Shown here one piece after another: positions 24,921-35,004 of a DNA stretch of 64,000 nt. The translations under genes were made by a program, and so were the position numbers. The stretch is from a virus. The stretch's first letter is position 1, and each line of letters opens with the position of its first letter. Under the pieces are notes generated by a model that searched no databases, was not told the origin of the DNA, and was given only the letters and a program-made list of their open reading frames with translations. The stretch is from IMG/VR virus record IMGVR_UViG_3300042371_000495, positions 3,193 to 67,192 of that record; one strand, 5' to 3'.

Positions 24921-26294
24921 TTACGCCGAGTAAGGTTCTGGGGAAACACCGCCGAGGCCAGTGATTTCCAGCTTACGGAAGTATTGGTTGCTATTACGAT
25001 GACCAAGCACTGAGGTAGAAGTACCTTCGACGTTGGAAGAAGTAACTGCACCACCAGCAAACGGGTTAGCAACGAGACCATAACGAGTCTTGAAGCCGAT
25101 CTTCGGCTGGAAGCTGTTAGGATCGACGGCGCGAACCATCGTCAACGGAACGTACGGGCAATAGAACATACCAGCATCGTAGTTGTTCGAGCCGCGGAAA
25201 CCAACGGTCGCGTAATCGGTAGTTGCATAAGGGTCAACGAAGACCTTCATACGACCATTAAGGACACCTGCGAAGGTGTTACCGGTGTCGTCGACATTGA
25301 GGTTGGTGCTAAGAGCAGGAGCATAAGCAAGGACACCAGCGGCGGCCAGAGCTGAAGCAACATTGCTCGAGCAAACGACGAAGTTACCCTTGCCGCGACG
25401 AGTGTCTTTGGCGATACGATTAGCTTCGACTTCCAATTGGAAGAGCAAGCCTTTGACCTTCTCAAGGAACCAACGACCGTCGGCTTCTGTGTCGAGGTTA
25501 AAGGTACCGGAGCCTTGGATCACTGAGTCAGTAGAAGCAGATGGGAAGTTGACTTCGTTATAAGCTGCGTCGAGAACTCCACCGAACTTAGCCTTCGAAT
25601 TCACCGTGTTGATGATTTCGCGGTTGATTTCAGCAAGGATTTCGGTCGAGAGGATGTTAGCCAATTCGCCTTCGGCATCAAGACCGTGAACGGCCTTAAG
25701 GTCTTGTGCGAGTTCCATTGTGTACTCGGCTTTGAGGGCGCGAGTAACAGCAGTAACGGTTTGCTTCTCGATGGTGAAGCCCATGTTGCCGAAGCCGCCA
25801 CCGTCGCCGGTAGCGCCTGTGCCAGTAGCATCACTAGTGAGTGCTTCACCGGCCGAGGTAGCAATACCACCGCGACGAAGACCACCTTCACCAGTTTCGC
25901 CAGCAACTGAGCCGGAGAATGCGGTGTCGATCGTGTTCATGAAGGCTTCCTTCGTGACGTCGGAACCACCATAGTTCTGATAGTTGCTCTTCATTGCGAA
26001 GATAAGGCCGGTAGGCATGTTCATCGGTTGAACCGAGGCGATGTCATAGGCGATCAGGTTAGGCATTGCACGACGAACGAGGGCAATAAGGACAGGATCC
26101 CAGTTGCTGACGGCCGAAGTAGTGGTGGATTCACCGAGGAAACCGGCTTGTGAACGCTCTTCTTGAAGGGCACGCTCTTGGTTTTCGAGCATCACAGAAG
26201 TGATGGCACGACGATAGTTGTCTTTGAAAGCAGGAGCGTCCTTGGCTTCAAGGATCGGGGCCCACTTCTTTTCGAGTTGTTCTGAATTAAACAT
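24921..26294 (-). CDS. gp23: Major capsid protein
   Basis: KKWAPILE, DPVLIALVRRAMPNLIAYDI, RALKAEYTMELAQDLKAVHGLDAE, FQPKIGFKTRYG. Confidence 0.98.
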   Translation of the reverse strand: MFNSEQLEKKWAPILEAKDAPAFKDNYRRAITSVMLENQERALQEERSQAGFLGESTTTSAVSNWDPVLIALVRRAMPNLIAYDIASVQPMNMPTGLIFAMKSNYQNYGGSDVTKEAFMNTIDTAFSGSVAGETGEGGLRRGGIATSAGEALTSDATGTGATGDGGGFGNMGFTIEKQTVTAVTRALKAEYTMELAQDLKAVHGLDAEGELANILSTEILAEINREIINTVNSKAKFGGVLDAAYNEVNFPSASTDSVIQGSGTFNLDTEADGRWFLEKVKGLLFQLEVEANRIAKDTRRGKGNFVVCSSNVASALAAAGVLAYAPALSTNLNVDDTGNTFAGVLNGRMKVFVDPYATTDYATVGFRGSNNYDAGMFYCPYVPLTMVRAVDPNSFQPKIGFKTRYGLVANPFAGGAVTSSNVEGTSTSVLGHRNSNQYFRKLEITGLGGVSPEPYSA

Positions 26295-26346
26295 AATAGT
26301 TATTCTTTAGTTGTTGGTTTGTGGTTTGGGATGTGTCTCTTTCAAA

Positions 26347-27489
26347 TTAACCTTTAGCATTTGCTAAACGAGACACGGCGGTTAAATATTTTGCCATTGA
26401 CGGGGAGATTTCATTTGAAAAATCTTCTCCTTCGACGATGGTTTCGATGGTTTCATATGTGGAATCACTTGATTCCTCCAGGGCTTTCACGTTGTCTTTG
26501 TTGGAGAAATACGCTTCCTTGATTGTTTCCACCTTATTGCGGAAAGTATCTTCAGAGACGAATTCGACATCTTGAACAAGGTTAGCGAGTTTCGCGGCCT
26601 GTGTGTCGGCTAATGTTAGACCAGCTTCAGAGATGATCTTTTCGCGAACGAGCGTTTCGACTCTTTCGTTAAGGACCGCCGCCTCGGCTTGTGCCTGAGT
26701 AGCTGCTTCTTTGATAGCGGCAAGTTCGACTTCCATATCGGAGACGAGATCTTTTTTGCTTTCAGGAACTTCAATGTAGTTTTCAATAAACACCGTCTTC
26801 AGAGCACCGATAAAGTTCTCTGCGATTTCGGAACGGAGACCACTTTCGATGGCGACCTTATTGTCTTCTACCCATGATTCAACGACATATGTCAAGTAAT
26901 TGTCGACCTTCTCGGCGAGGTCCTCACGCATTTGCGCGGTTTGCTCGGAGAGTTGGGTTTCGAATTGCTCGGCAAGTTTTTCTTTTTCTTCACGAATTTT
27001 GGAAGTAACAGCAGCCTCAAAAATGATGGCAGCTTTTTCCTTGAAGGACTCACTAAGGTTAGCCTCGGATTCGGTCAGAGCCGTAAGATCAGCTTCGTAA
27101 GATTCATTCTTTTCAATTTCTTCATTCATACGACTAAGACGATCTAATACCAGATCTTTGCTTCCCATCTTACGTTGATTGAAAGCGATCTTTGTTACTG
27201 GCAAATCTTTCGACTTAAACTCGATTGAATTAGCAGAAATAGACTTAATGACGCCAAAGTTGGTCTTATCACCGACTTTATACTTAGCGACTCGTGCTTT
27301 GATTTCTTCTACGCCTTCTTCGATTTCTTCTTCTTCTTCTTCAGCAGCTTCTTCCAGAGTGACTTCTTCAGATTCTACAACTTGTTCCTCGGAAACGATA
27401 GTCGATTCCTGTTCAAGCTCTAGACCTTCGGCAAGTTCCTCTACGGTGACATCTTCGATGATGTCTTCTAATTGGTTATTTTCTTCCAT
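26347..27489 (-). CDS. gp22: Prohead core scaffolding protein
   Basis: LSESFKEKAAIIFEAAV, KVDNYLTYVVESW, C-terminal MAKYL. Confidence 0.92.
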   Translation of the reverse strand: MEENNQLEDIIEDVTVEELAEGLELEQESTIVSEEQVVESEEVTLEEAAEEEEEEIEEGVEEIKARVAKYKVGDKTNFGVIKSISANSIEFKSKDLPVTKIAFNQRKMGSKDLVLDRLSRMNEEIEKNESYEADLTALTESEANLSESFKEKAAIIFEAAVTSKIREEKEKLAEQFETQLSEQTAQMREDLAEKVDNYLTYVVESWVEDNKVAIESGLRSEIAENFIGALKTVFIENYIEVPESKKDLVSDMEVELAAIKEAATQAQAEAAVLNERVETLVREKIISEAGLTLADTQAAKLANLVQDVEFVSEDTFRNKVETIKEAYFSNKDNVKALEESSDSTYETIETIVEGEDFSNEISPSMAKYLTAVSRLANAKG

Positions 27490-27513
27490 AGTAGTAGTTT
27501 AACTTTCTTTGTT

Positions 27514-28164
27514 TTAGAGGTTGGAGAGGAAATCGTTAAAGATTCTCAATTGAGCCTCAGCGAGGTTCGAAGAAGTTGCTTTTCTGATTTCAGTCTCATA
27601 ATTTTCAATTTGTTGGGGTTTGAAAATGCCATTCTCATGAATCCAAGAAACACCTTCCATGATTCCATTGACAAATGCCGATGGAGCAGAAGGATCCTGG
27701 ACGATATCAACTGTTGCCAGTATGAAATCGTTTTTTACACTCGAAGAGCCGTTTCTATTCTCAACGGTTCCCATACCACGACTTGAGACGCCCAAGCGAA
27801 CACCGCCTTCAATAAGACCTTTCACGATTTTTCCCATCGGGGTGTTCAGTATAAGCGCCTTTCCAACAACGTCATCGCCGACCCATTTGAGTTCGGTGAT
27901 GCGGTGCGAAACTTTATCTAAATTGATCGTAGGACCATCCGGATGATTTAATTCACCGACGGCACGTCCCGACATGACTTGTTCAGTCACGTATTTGTTA
28001 ACGGCGTTACGTAAGACATCACGCGGATAAACGCGACGATTCTTATTCAGCTTCTCGGCTTGCATGAAGACGCCTTCAATAAAGACATTCTTCTCTCCAC
28101 CTGCTTGATTATTTTCGACGACGTAATTAAGATTAGCGTCGTTATGTTCTGTGATTAACTTCAT
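27514..28164 (-). CDS. gp21: Prohead protease
   Basis: IEGVFMQAE..NKNRRVYP, GELNHP, GVSSRGMG, DIVQDPSAPSAFV. Confidence 0.96.
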   Translation of the reverse strand: MKLITEHNDANLNYVVENNQAGGEKNVFIEGVFMQAEKLNKNRRVYPRDVLRNAVNKYVTEQVMSGRAVGELNHPDGPTINLDKVSHRITELKWVGDDVVGKALILNTPMGKIVKGLIEGGVRLGVSSRGMGTVENRNGSSSVKNDFILATVDIVQDPSAPSAFVNGIMEGVSWIHENGIFKPQQIENYETEIRKATSSNLAEAQLRIFNDFLSNL

Positions 28165-28442
28165 TATGGTTGTTTGACGGCTTCGTCGAGTTCTTCCTCT
28201 TCGGGAAGAGTTCTTAAAATGTCTTCTGCATCTTGCTCGGGCAAATCCTTGACATAATTTGGGTTTAGCATCTCCTTCTTTGTGCCTTCTTGAACTTGAT
28301 TGAAAACGTCCGAGGCCATAGCTACGCGACGAATATCCAATACTGTATTCACCTTATCGTTGATTGCAACATTAAACTCAGAGCGAGCTTCCTCGGCATT
28401 GCCATTCATAATGGCATCAATCAGTTTCACATTATTACTCAT
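28164..28442 (-). CDS. Small prohead core protein (gp67/gp68 position)
   Basis: Between portal and protease; acidic tail; has its own late promoter. Confidence 0.65.
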   Translation of the reverse strand: MSNNVKLIDAIMNGNAEEARSEFNVAINDKVNTVLDIRRVAMASDVFNQVQEGTKKEMLNPNYVKDLPEQDAEDILRTLPEEEELDEAVKQP

Positions 28443-28448
28443 AGATTC

Positions 28449-28456
28449 TATTTATA
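28449..28456 (-). promoter_or_regulatory. Late promoter TATAAATA
   Basis: Exact consensus, 6 nt before ATG. Confidence 0.75.
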
Positions 28457-28469
28457 CTTTTTAAGATTT

Positions 28470-30017
28470 TTACTCTGTTGGTGGTTCTTCTTCACCAGGA
28501 GCACCTTCACCGTCTTCAGGAGCTAATGCTTCCTCAGCGGCTTTTTCTTCGGCTATCTCGGTATCGATACGTTCGATATCCTGATCGGACTGACGAAGGA
28601 TGTTATGTCGAATCCAGGTTTGTGAATAATATTTACCGACATATGATTCGAGGCTATTGAGCATGTTGAGCCGCTCGTTTAAGATCTCAAATTCCTTAAG
28701 TTCGGTGAAATAGTTATCTTCACAAAAATCGACAGCGATATTTTCCTTGATTGTATTCCAATCGTCTTCAGTGATGATGCCTTTCAGCAATAACTGAACA
28801 CGAAGCATATCAATGAACAGATAAGAAAACTTCTTACGAAGTCGCATCACAAACTTATGAAATTTAACTTCGTCTCGCGAGATCTCAGAGGCGCGACCCA
28901 TATTGAATCCAGTCTCAGATATCAAACGACTAATAGGAACATTCAGCGCCCGATAGAGTTTCTCCTGGAAATATTTAACGTCGTCCATCTGACCAAGGTT
29001 CTCACCGCCTGGAAGGGTAGTGATCTCGGTACCTCTACCGCCTTCACGGCGAGGTAACCAGAAATCCTCAAGCATTGACATCGCCCTACGATCGTCTCGA
29101 ATATCGCCGGTATTGGCATCATAGACGAGTTTGTTACGATACTTTGACATGATCGACTGGACATATTCCTCGGCTTTACCTTTTGGAAGGTTACCGGTAT
29201 CGATATAGAAAATTCTACGCTCAGGGGCGCGAGAGATACGATAAATGACCAGAGCGTCTTCCATCATACGAAGCTGATTGACGAGCTTCAATGCTTTATG
29301 CATATTTGATACGACGCACCGCCCAGTTTCATCTACGATTCCCGAAGGAACATAAACGACTGCGTTTGTATCGATCTTAAGTTGTTGTCCGCCCCCTGCA
29401 TTATTGAGGCCAACGTTATCGCCAAAGATGAAATATTCACCCTTAGTCTCGATCATTTTAACACCAGTTACCTTATCAAATCTAGAGGAAACTTCGCGAA
29501 CTTTCTTGATTTTAGTAGGATCAATATATCGAACTTCTTTGATACCTTCTTTTGCTTTCTTAGTATCGATAATGATATGATAATAGAGTCTACCATCGAT
29601 ATACCATCTACGAAAGATCTCAGTACCATCACGATTAAATTGTAAAAGATCGACAATCTTTTCGAACTCGTCGCTGATCTTCTTCTTGATAGATTCGGGA
29701 AATTCAAGATCCTCCATTATCAAAGATACTGGAGCGCTATTCTCGGCTGAGACGATAGCTGCATCAGTGATATCTGAGATAGCCGCATCACACTCTGGAA
29801 GAGTAGAGGCATTGCGATACTTGATGATAATATCTTTTTCGTTAACAATGGCCGTGCCATCGATGTCGACGAATTGACCAAAATAGCCTGAAGACGCATT
29901 AACTAAAGAAGTACCTTCCTTGTCAGTAGGCGGCACGAAGGATACGATTTCCTCGTCCTTACCAGCGGTTATCTTCGCGCCGATCTTCTTGCTAATTTCG
30001 AATCCAAATAATTGCAT
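28470..30017 (-). CDS. gp20: Portal vertex protein
   Basis: FRRWYIDGR, EDALVIYRISRAPERRIFYID, EDFWLPRREGGRGTEITTLPGG. Confidence 0.98.
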   Translation of the reverse strand: MQLFGFEISKKIGAKITAGKDEEIVSFVPPTDKEGTSLVNASSGYFGQFVDIDGTAIVNEKDIIIKYRNASTLPECDAAISDITDAAIVSAENSAPVSLIMEDLEFPESIKKKISDEFEKIVDLLQFNRDGTEIFRRWYIDGRLYYHIIIDTKKAKEGIKEVRYIDPTKIKKVREVSSRFDKVTGVKMIETKGEYFIFGDNVGLNNAGGGQQLKIDTNAVVYVPSGIVDETGRCVVSNMHKALKLVNQLRMMEDALVIYRISRAPERRIFYIDTGNLPKGKAEEYVQSIMSKYRNKLVYDANTGDIRDDRRAMSMLEDFWLPRREGGRGTEITTLPGGENLGQMDDVKYFQEKLYRALNVPISRLISETGFNMGRASEISRDEVKFHKFVMRLRKKFSYLFIDMLRVQLLLKGIITEDDWNTIKENIAVDFCEDNYFTELKEFEILNERLNMLNSLESYVGKYYSQTWIRHNILRQSDQDIERIDTEIAEEKAAEEALAPEDGEGAPGEEEPPTE

Positions 30018-30028
30018 AAAAGTATATA

Positions 30029-30065
30029 TACGCCGTCACCACGAATAGAACATGGTGACGGCGTA
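30029..30065 (-). terminator. Strong hairpin / terminator after gp19
   Basis: TACGCCGTCACCA...TGGTGACGGCGTA stem. Confidence 0.7.
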
Positions 30066-30077
30066 GATGTTTAATTA

Positions 30078-30602
30078 TCAGTTAGTCGTTGCCGACTCCC
30101 AATATTGATAATTCAATTCAACCGTGAAATCTTCGATAGCATCGTTGGTTTCATAGTTGAGTTCGATAGCAGAAACATTCGTGGGGAATGCACCGCGAAT
30201 GTTGTAACTCTTTGTGACTTCACCGGCACGATTAAGTTGCTCGACTAACATATCTGTTTGATACAGAGTTGGAGTTGAGAGACCTGTATTGGTGACATGT
30301 GAATTGATACCGTTCATCCAACGCTCGAAGGCGTTACGAATTTCCATTCCGGAATCGTTGATAATAGTGATCGTCCAAGGTTCAAACGTACGATCGCCAG
30401 CGATCTTCAATTTTCTTCCACGGAATGACACTTCGATTGGCGCGACTATACTTGCAGGGAGAGTAGCACCTTTAATCATAAAGGATGCTAACTCACTGTT
30501 ACCCTGTGCATATGCCGGAAAGTTACACGTTACCTTGAAAAGGTTAGCACGTGCTCCACCGCCGACTAATTTTGATTTGAAATCATCTACTCCTAAAGCC
30601 AT
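30078..30602 (-). CDS. gp19: Tail tube protein
   Basis: GGARANLF, FRGRKLKIAGDRTFEPWTITIIND, FPTNVSAIEL, YQYW. Confidence 0.96.
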   Translation of the reverse strand: MALGVDDFKSKLVGGGARANLFKVTCNFPAYAQGNSELASFMIKGATLPASIVAPIEVSFRGRKLKIAGDRTFEPWTITIINDSGMEIRNAFERWMNGINSHVTNTGLSTPTLYQTDMLVEQLNRAGEVTKSYNIRGAFPTNVSAIELNYETNDAIEDFTVELNYQYWESATTN

Positions 30603-30607
30603 GATAG

Positions 30608-30615
30608 TATTTATA
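30608..30615 (-). promoter_or_regulatory. Late promoter TATAAATA
   Basis: Exact consensus, 5 nt before ATG of gp19. Confidence 0.75.
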
Positions 30616-30628
30616 TTAAGTGTTTAAA

Positions 30629-32866
30629 TTATTTTCCAACGATTTCATTGAATTCAACTCCAGTACGCGTAGCGATGAAGTTGAGGGTAATGAAATTGAT
30701 CGAACGAGCGGGTTTGATATAGATGTCGGCAACGAAACGATTTCCGTCGATAACTTCACCCGTATTGTTGGTAGAATCACAGACGACTAAGAAGTCAGTG
30801 ATACCACGACGACCCTTGACGTCCCGAAGGAACGGCTCGACCATATTCCTGAACATCGCGCGAGTGAATTCATCGTTGAGTTCAAACAGTTGATACTTAG
30901 CAGCAGTAGCGATCGATTTTTCTAAGGTGATGAACAAACGACGAACATTGATACGATCGAATGCACTTGCCTTGGCTTGACCGGTCTTGTCTCCATAAAG
31001 GAGTGTACCTTGACCAGGGAAAGTCACAATTGGATTGATACGAGCCTTATAAAGGTCGTCCCGATCGGCTTGTTTTGGGTTGTAGGCAATCTTAGTTGTA
31101 CCAAGGAGTTGTCCACGATTAAAACCGGCAGGTGAGAACCAAGTATCTGCAACTTTGTCAGTATATGCGCAAAGACCAGCCATATGACCAGCAGCAGCGA
31201 TATAGAGATATGTGTCGGTATACTTATTATACGTATAGATTGGAGTCGAATCAAAGACGAGGTAGCTTGAAGAAGTAACAACATTGAACTTATTCAAGAC
31301 GTATGTCTTCTTATCTGCATCTGTACGAAGCGTACCAAGGTCGAGAGGAGCCGAGATGAATCCGACACAATCTTTACGACCATTAGCGATCGCGATCACG
31401 GCATTATCAATGTTCTGCGCTTGGGTTCCAGTATATGTCGAAGAACCTTGCTTGAAGGTTTCAGCAAAGACTAAGTTGATATCAATTAAATCTGGATCAG
31501 CAAAGTAATCAAGGGCAGCAACAATTTCTGCATCGTCTGCAGTTCCAGTAACTCCATTTGACAATTCAAAGTTTTTATAAGTGGGAGCAGTAGCAGCACC
31601 GATAAATTCATATGTACGAGTATTGGATAAACCTTGGTTAATTTTAACCTCAGCAACTCTTATTTGATCCACCGTTAATTCTGTTGCTGGAGCAACTGGT
31701 GTAAGAATCACTTTGATTCCATCAACTTCAATACTGATCAGATCTTCGTCAAAGTCTTCAGCGTCAAGATGAGTGTCGATAGCAAGTTTAATATCAGCAA
31801 GAGTCGCAAGAGTACCATACGTAATTGTAAAGGCAACAAACCCGTTAATCAAATCGGTGATAACCGATGAGACGATAACCCCATCATTAACATCTCCGCT
31901 TCTAACGAATGTTAAAGTTGTATTTTCACCTAATAGCGGATCAGACCAATTCGCAAAGAACGAAATATCGGGATTCGTAGTGATCGGATCACCTTCAACA
32001 ATAACTCCGCCAAAATTCTCGGAAGTCGTTGTAATAAGAACACCAGGAACAGTAGCTGTACCCGGTGTTGTAAATCCAGAGGCGGTGGTCAATTCAAATA
32101 AATCAACAGAATCGGTTGTGATTAATTCATCGGCGCCGCTAAAGATAGAATCGAGCGATCCGGTATAGATATATGCAGATGTGGTGTTGATCACATCTTT
32201 ATAATAGATGCTGGCGCCGTCTGCGGCCTTTGCGTTAGAGGCCAATGAAAGACTCGCAAATGATTCTAGCACCGAACCTGGAATACCAGTGAATTTTCCG
32301 GCTTTATCGATAACTAAAACATGAATTTCATCTGCACCTGCATTAGCTTCATCGGTCAATGGATTGATACCAGTAAGATTGGTGTTAAACTCAGATGATC
32401 CAGATGGAGCATCGAAATTCTCAGCGAAAAGTGATGAGCTATAGTCGTTAAAGTCGCCATATCCAACTTGTACTTCGATGCTATTACCGAGAGCGCCAGG
32501 GTAACGTCCTAAGAAAGCCTCGCCGAAATCCGCCGACTCGAATTCATCGAGGTTAGAAATAGGTACTGTCAAAGTACCTACTCCGGATTTAGCATTGCGG
32601 GCAGTTGCTGGAATTGCACGAGAGACTCGAAGAGTATTCGCGTATTTTAAGAAACTTGCAGCAGTAAAGAACGATTGTGCAACATCAGTTGTTGGTTTAC
32701 CGTAGATTGTTGCAAGATCTTTTTCTGATCCGACGGTAACAACTTGGTTACCTGGACCCCAATTGAAATGTCCGGCAAATGCGCCGATCGAGGTCGACAG
32801 GGCCGGAATTACGTTTGTTAAGTCGATTTCTTTTACCTCGACTCCGGGTGAAACTAAAAATCCCAT
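30629..32866 (-). CDS. gp18: Tail sheath protein
   Basis: SPGVEVKEIDLT, WFSPAGFNRG, FDRINVRRLF, IKPARSINFITLNF. Confidence 0.97.
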   Translation of the reverse strand: MGFLVSPGVEVKEIDLTNVIPALSTSIGAFAGHFNWGPGNQVVTVGSEKDLATIYGKPTTDVAQSFFTAASFLKYANTLRVSRAIPATARNAKSGVGTLTVPISNLDEFESADFGEAFLGRYPGALGNSIEVQVGYGDFNDYSSSLFAENFDAPSGSSEFNTNLTGINPLTDEANAGADEIHVLVIDKAGKFTGIPGSVLESFASLSLASNAKAADGASIYYKDVINTTSAYIYTGSLDSIFSGADELITTDSVDLFELTTASGFTTPGTATVPGVLITTTSENFGGVIVEGDPITTNPDISFFANWSDPLLGENTTLTFVRSGDVNDGVIVSSVITDLINGFVAFTITYGTLATLADIKLAIDTHLDAEDFDEDLISIEVDGIKVILTPVAPATELTVDQIRVAEVKINQGLSNTRTYEFIGAATAPTYKNFELSNGVTGTADDAEIVAALDYFADPDLIDINLVFAETFKQGSSTYTGTQAQNIDNAVIAIANGRKDCVGFISAPLDLGTLRTDADKKTYVLNKFNVVTSSSYLVFDSTPIYTYNKYTDTYLYIAAAGHMAGLCAYTDKVADTWFSPAGFNRGQLLGTTKIAYNPKQADRDDLYKARINPIVTFPGQGTLLYGDKTGQAKASAFDRINVRRLFITLEKSIATAAKYQLFELNDEFTRAMFRNMVEPFLRDVKGRRGITDFLVVCDSTNNTGEVIDGNRFVADIYIKPARSINFITLNFIATRTGVEFNEIVGK

Positions 32867-32940
32867 ATGGTTATTCTTTCAGTGGTTATTGGTTAATGAT
32901 AAGTATTCTCTAGCATAATAAGGTGCTTTCAATCGAAATG

Positions 32941-32948
32941 TATTTATA
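32941..32948 (-). promoter_or_regulatory. Late promoter TATAAATA upstream of gp18 (long leader)
   Basis: Exact consensus, 74 nt before ATG. Confidence 0.75.
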
Positions 32949-32960
32949 AATTCGAGAGTT

Positions 32961-34550
32961 CTAGAACGTACCCCATTCTCTCTGTGCCCTTAGCATCTCT
33001 TCATATTCTGGATTTATATCATTATGGGAGTTGCCAAATACGCCAAACAGCGGTACATCCTCCTCCATCTCCTTCATTCTCTCAGAATAGAGCAGCTGTT
33101 TCAGATCGATGGTAGATATATCACCGAATGCCTCTGAGGATACGAACCAGGAAAAAAGCACCAAATTCATCACCATATCATCGTGAGTCGAGTTGGATGC
33201 CTGATAGGATTCGCCTTTATGTTCAAATGAACTTAACTCATGAATTGTATTAATGTCATGAATCGTCAACTTACCAGATTCGATAAGGTCTTTAAGATTA
33301 GAACAACCGATACGTTTGACTCTCTTCGTCATGGTGACTCCGACACCACCTGCCTTAACAGTACTTTCGACGAAGGTATTTTCGTATTCGTATTCATGAT
33401 AGACCGAATTGCACACCACCTGCCCGGCGTCATTGCTCTCGATCACGATCATGGCTTTGTTATAGAGCTTGGCTGTGCGAACAATCACATCCGGAAACAA
33501 CAAAGGAGAAATCATATTGTCTCGAAAAGTAGCCACTTGTTCGAATGGCATGCTCGAGATGTCAATGATGGTAAATGTTGAATAGTCTTGTCCTCTACCT
33601 CGAGACACATCCACCATCATGGCATAATTATGACCCTCTTGCGGTTCGACATAGTAGTTTACGTCTCGATGTGTTTTGACTGGATCACGAGCCTGAAGGC
33701 CTAACAGTTTATCCGAGGAGATGAGTGTGTTTCCTGTTCCAGTAAATTGATTGCCAAATTCTTGTTCAAATTGCAATTCAGAAGTGTTGGCTATAGTTTG
33801 TTTTTTCCAGACTTCATCTCGTCCAGGAACATCATACCAATCAACTCGAAACGGCTTATATTCATTTGCGCCTTGAACTGCACCTTCCCAGAGCCGATGA
33901 TACAGATTGCCAACTCCATTGGCGGTGGATGTGATAATCACCTTGGTGTTTTTGCCGGATGAGATGACTGGATACGTAGAAGTGTAGAACGTCTCAGGAT
34001 TCTCAATGAATGCAAACTCGTCCAAGAAAATTATGTTGCAACTCTGTCCGCGAACCGAAGAAGAACTTGTCGCAGCAGCGAAAATCTTTGAGTTGTTAGA
34101 GAAAACGATTGATCCTTTGTTAAAGACCTTACAACCGGGCTGCAAAAAGAAAGGCAAGTTTTCAATCGCCAGAGCAATGCGGGATAGCATCTCTCGAGCG
34201 GTGGCGCCTTTGTTTGCCAAGATTGCGATGGTCTTTTCCGAATTGAAGATGGCATACCAAAGCAGATATACGATAGAACTTACCGATTTTCCAGATTGAC
34301 GACAAGCCAGAACAATAGAAAATCGATTGATGTTAAAGTGCTCGAACATTTTATCCTGATAGGGATAGAGGTTGAATGGCACTAGTCCGTCATTGAGATT
34401 GATTACTTTGATATAGGTTCTGGCAAAATATGCCGGATCCTTCATGCATCTCTGATATTCTTGAATCTCGTGCGAAGTAAAGCTTTGCTGAACACCGTCA
34501 GATTTGATCTGCGAGTTGCCATTGTAGCTTTTTGGTGGTTCGTTACTCAT
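32961..34550 (-). CDS. gp17: Terminase large subunit
   Basis: RQSGKS, FLDEFAF, ITSTANG, FEQEF, DVSRGRGQDYS, HDDMVM; start at MSNEPP. Confidence 0.97.
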   Translation of the reverse strand: MSNEPPKSYNGNSQIKSDGVQQSFTSHEIQEYQRCMKDPAYFARTYIKVINLNDGLVPFNLYPYQDKMFEHFNINRFSIVLACRQSGKSVSSIVYLLWYAIFNSEKTIAILANKGATAREMLSRIALAIENLPFFLQPGCKVFNKGSIVFSNNSKIFAAATSSSSVRGQSCNIIFLDEFAFIENPETFYTSTYPVISSGKNTKVIITSTANGVGNLYHRLWEGAVQGANEYKPFRVDWYDVPGRDEVWKKQTIANTSELQFEQEFGNQFTGTGNTLISSDKLLGLQARDPVKTHRDVNYYVEPQEGHNYAMMVDVSRGRGQDYSTFTIIDISSMPFEQVATFRDNMISPLLFPDVIVRTAKLYNKAMIVIESNDAGQVVCNSVYHEYEYENTFVESTVKAGGVGVTMTKRVKRIGCSNLKDLIESGKLTIHDINTIHELSSFEHKGESYQASNSTHDDMVMNLVLFSWFVSSEAFGDISTIDLKQLLYSERMKEMEEDVPLFGVFGNSHNDINPEYEEMLRAQREWGTF

Positions 34551-35004
34551 CGTCAATATCAATCGTTTTCTGAGCATTCAAAAATTTCTGAAGCTCAGTC
34601 GTAGTACCAACGAAGATCGCATTGTTCGTCGTAGATGCACCACTAGCAGATTGATTTATATTCTTTTTAGAGATAGTCTCATGCATCTTCTTACGATCCC
34701 GTTGAAGAGTCATAAGCTGCTGATTCATATCGGCAGCCGTTTTGAACATATTCGATAGCACCTCAAATGCCCGGGGGTGTTCAGAATCAGTAGCTAGAGC
34801 CAGCATGGAAGATATTGCCTCATCGGATGTATCGATTAGTTTCTTGATACGCACCCTAGAAAAATCATAGTCTTCCTCGGTATCGGCATCGATCTTTGCT
34901 TGGTAGTCGATGATTGGTTGAACCGGTGACAATTGTGATGATTGTGCCTCGATCGGAAGATTTTGAGACAACGAAGCCAACATACTTTCTTTATCCTTCT
35001 TCAT
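34543..35004 (-). CDS. gp16: Terminase small subunit
   Basis: DYDFSR, SEHPRAFEV, NNAIFVGTTTELQKFL; start at MKKDK. Confidence 0.92.
   Translation of the reverse strand: MKKDKESMLASLSQNLPIEAQSSQLSPVQPIIDYQAKIDADTEEDYDFSRVRIKKLIDTSDEAISSMLALATDSEHPRAFEVLSNMFKTAADMNQQLMTLQRDRKKMHETISKKNINQSASGASTTNNAIFVGTTTELQKFLNAQKTIDIDDE

Noticed and set aside
6059-34550. Inteins, group I introns or homing endonucleases in gp43, uvsW, gp46, gp17, gp20
   Set aside because: All are of normal length and uninterrupted; no LAGLIDADG, HNH or GIY-YIG motifs seen
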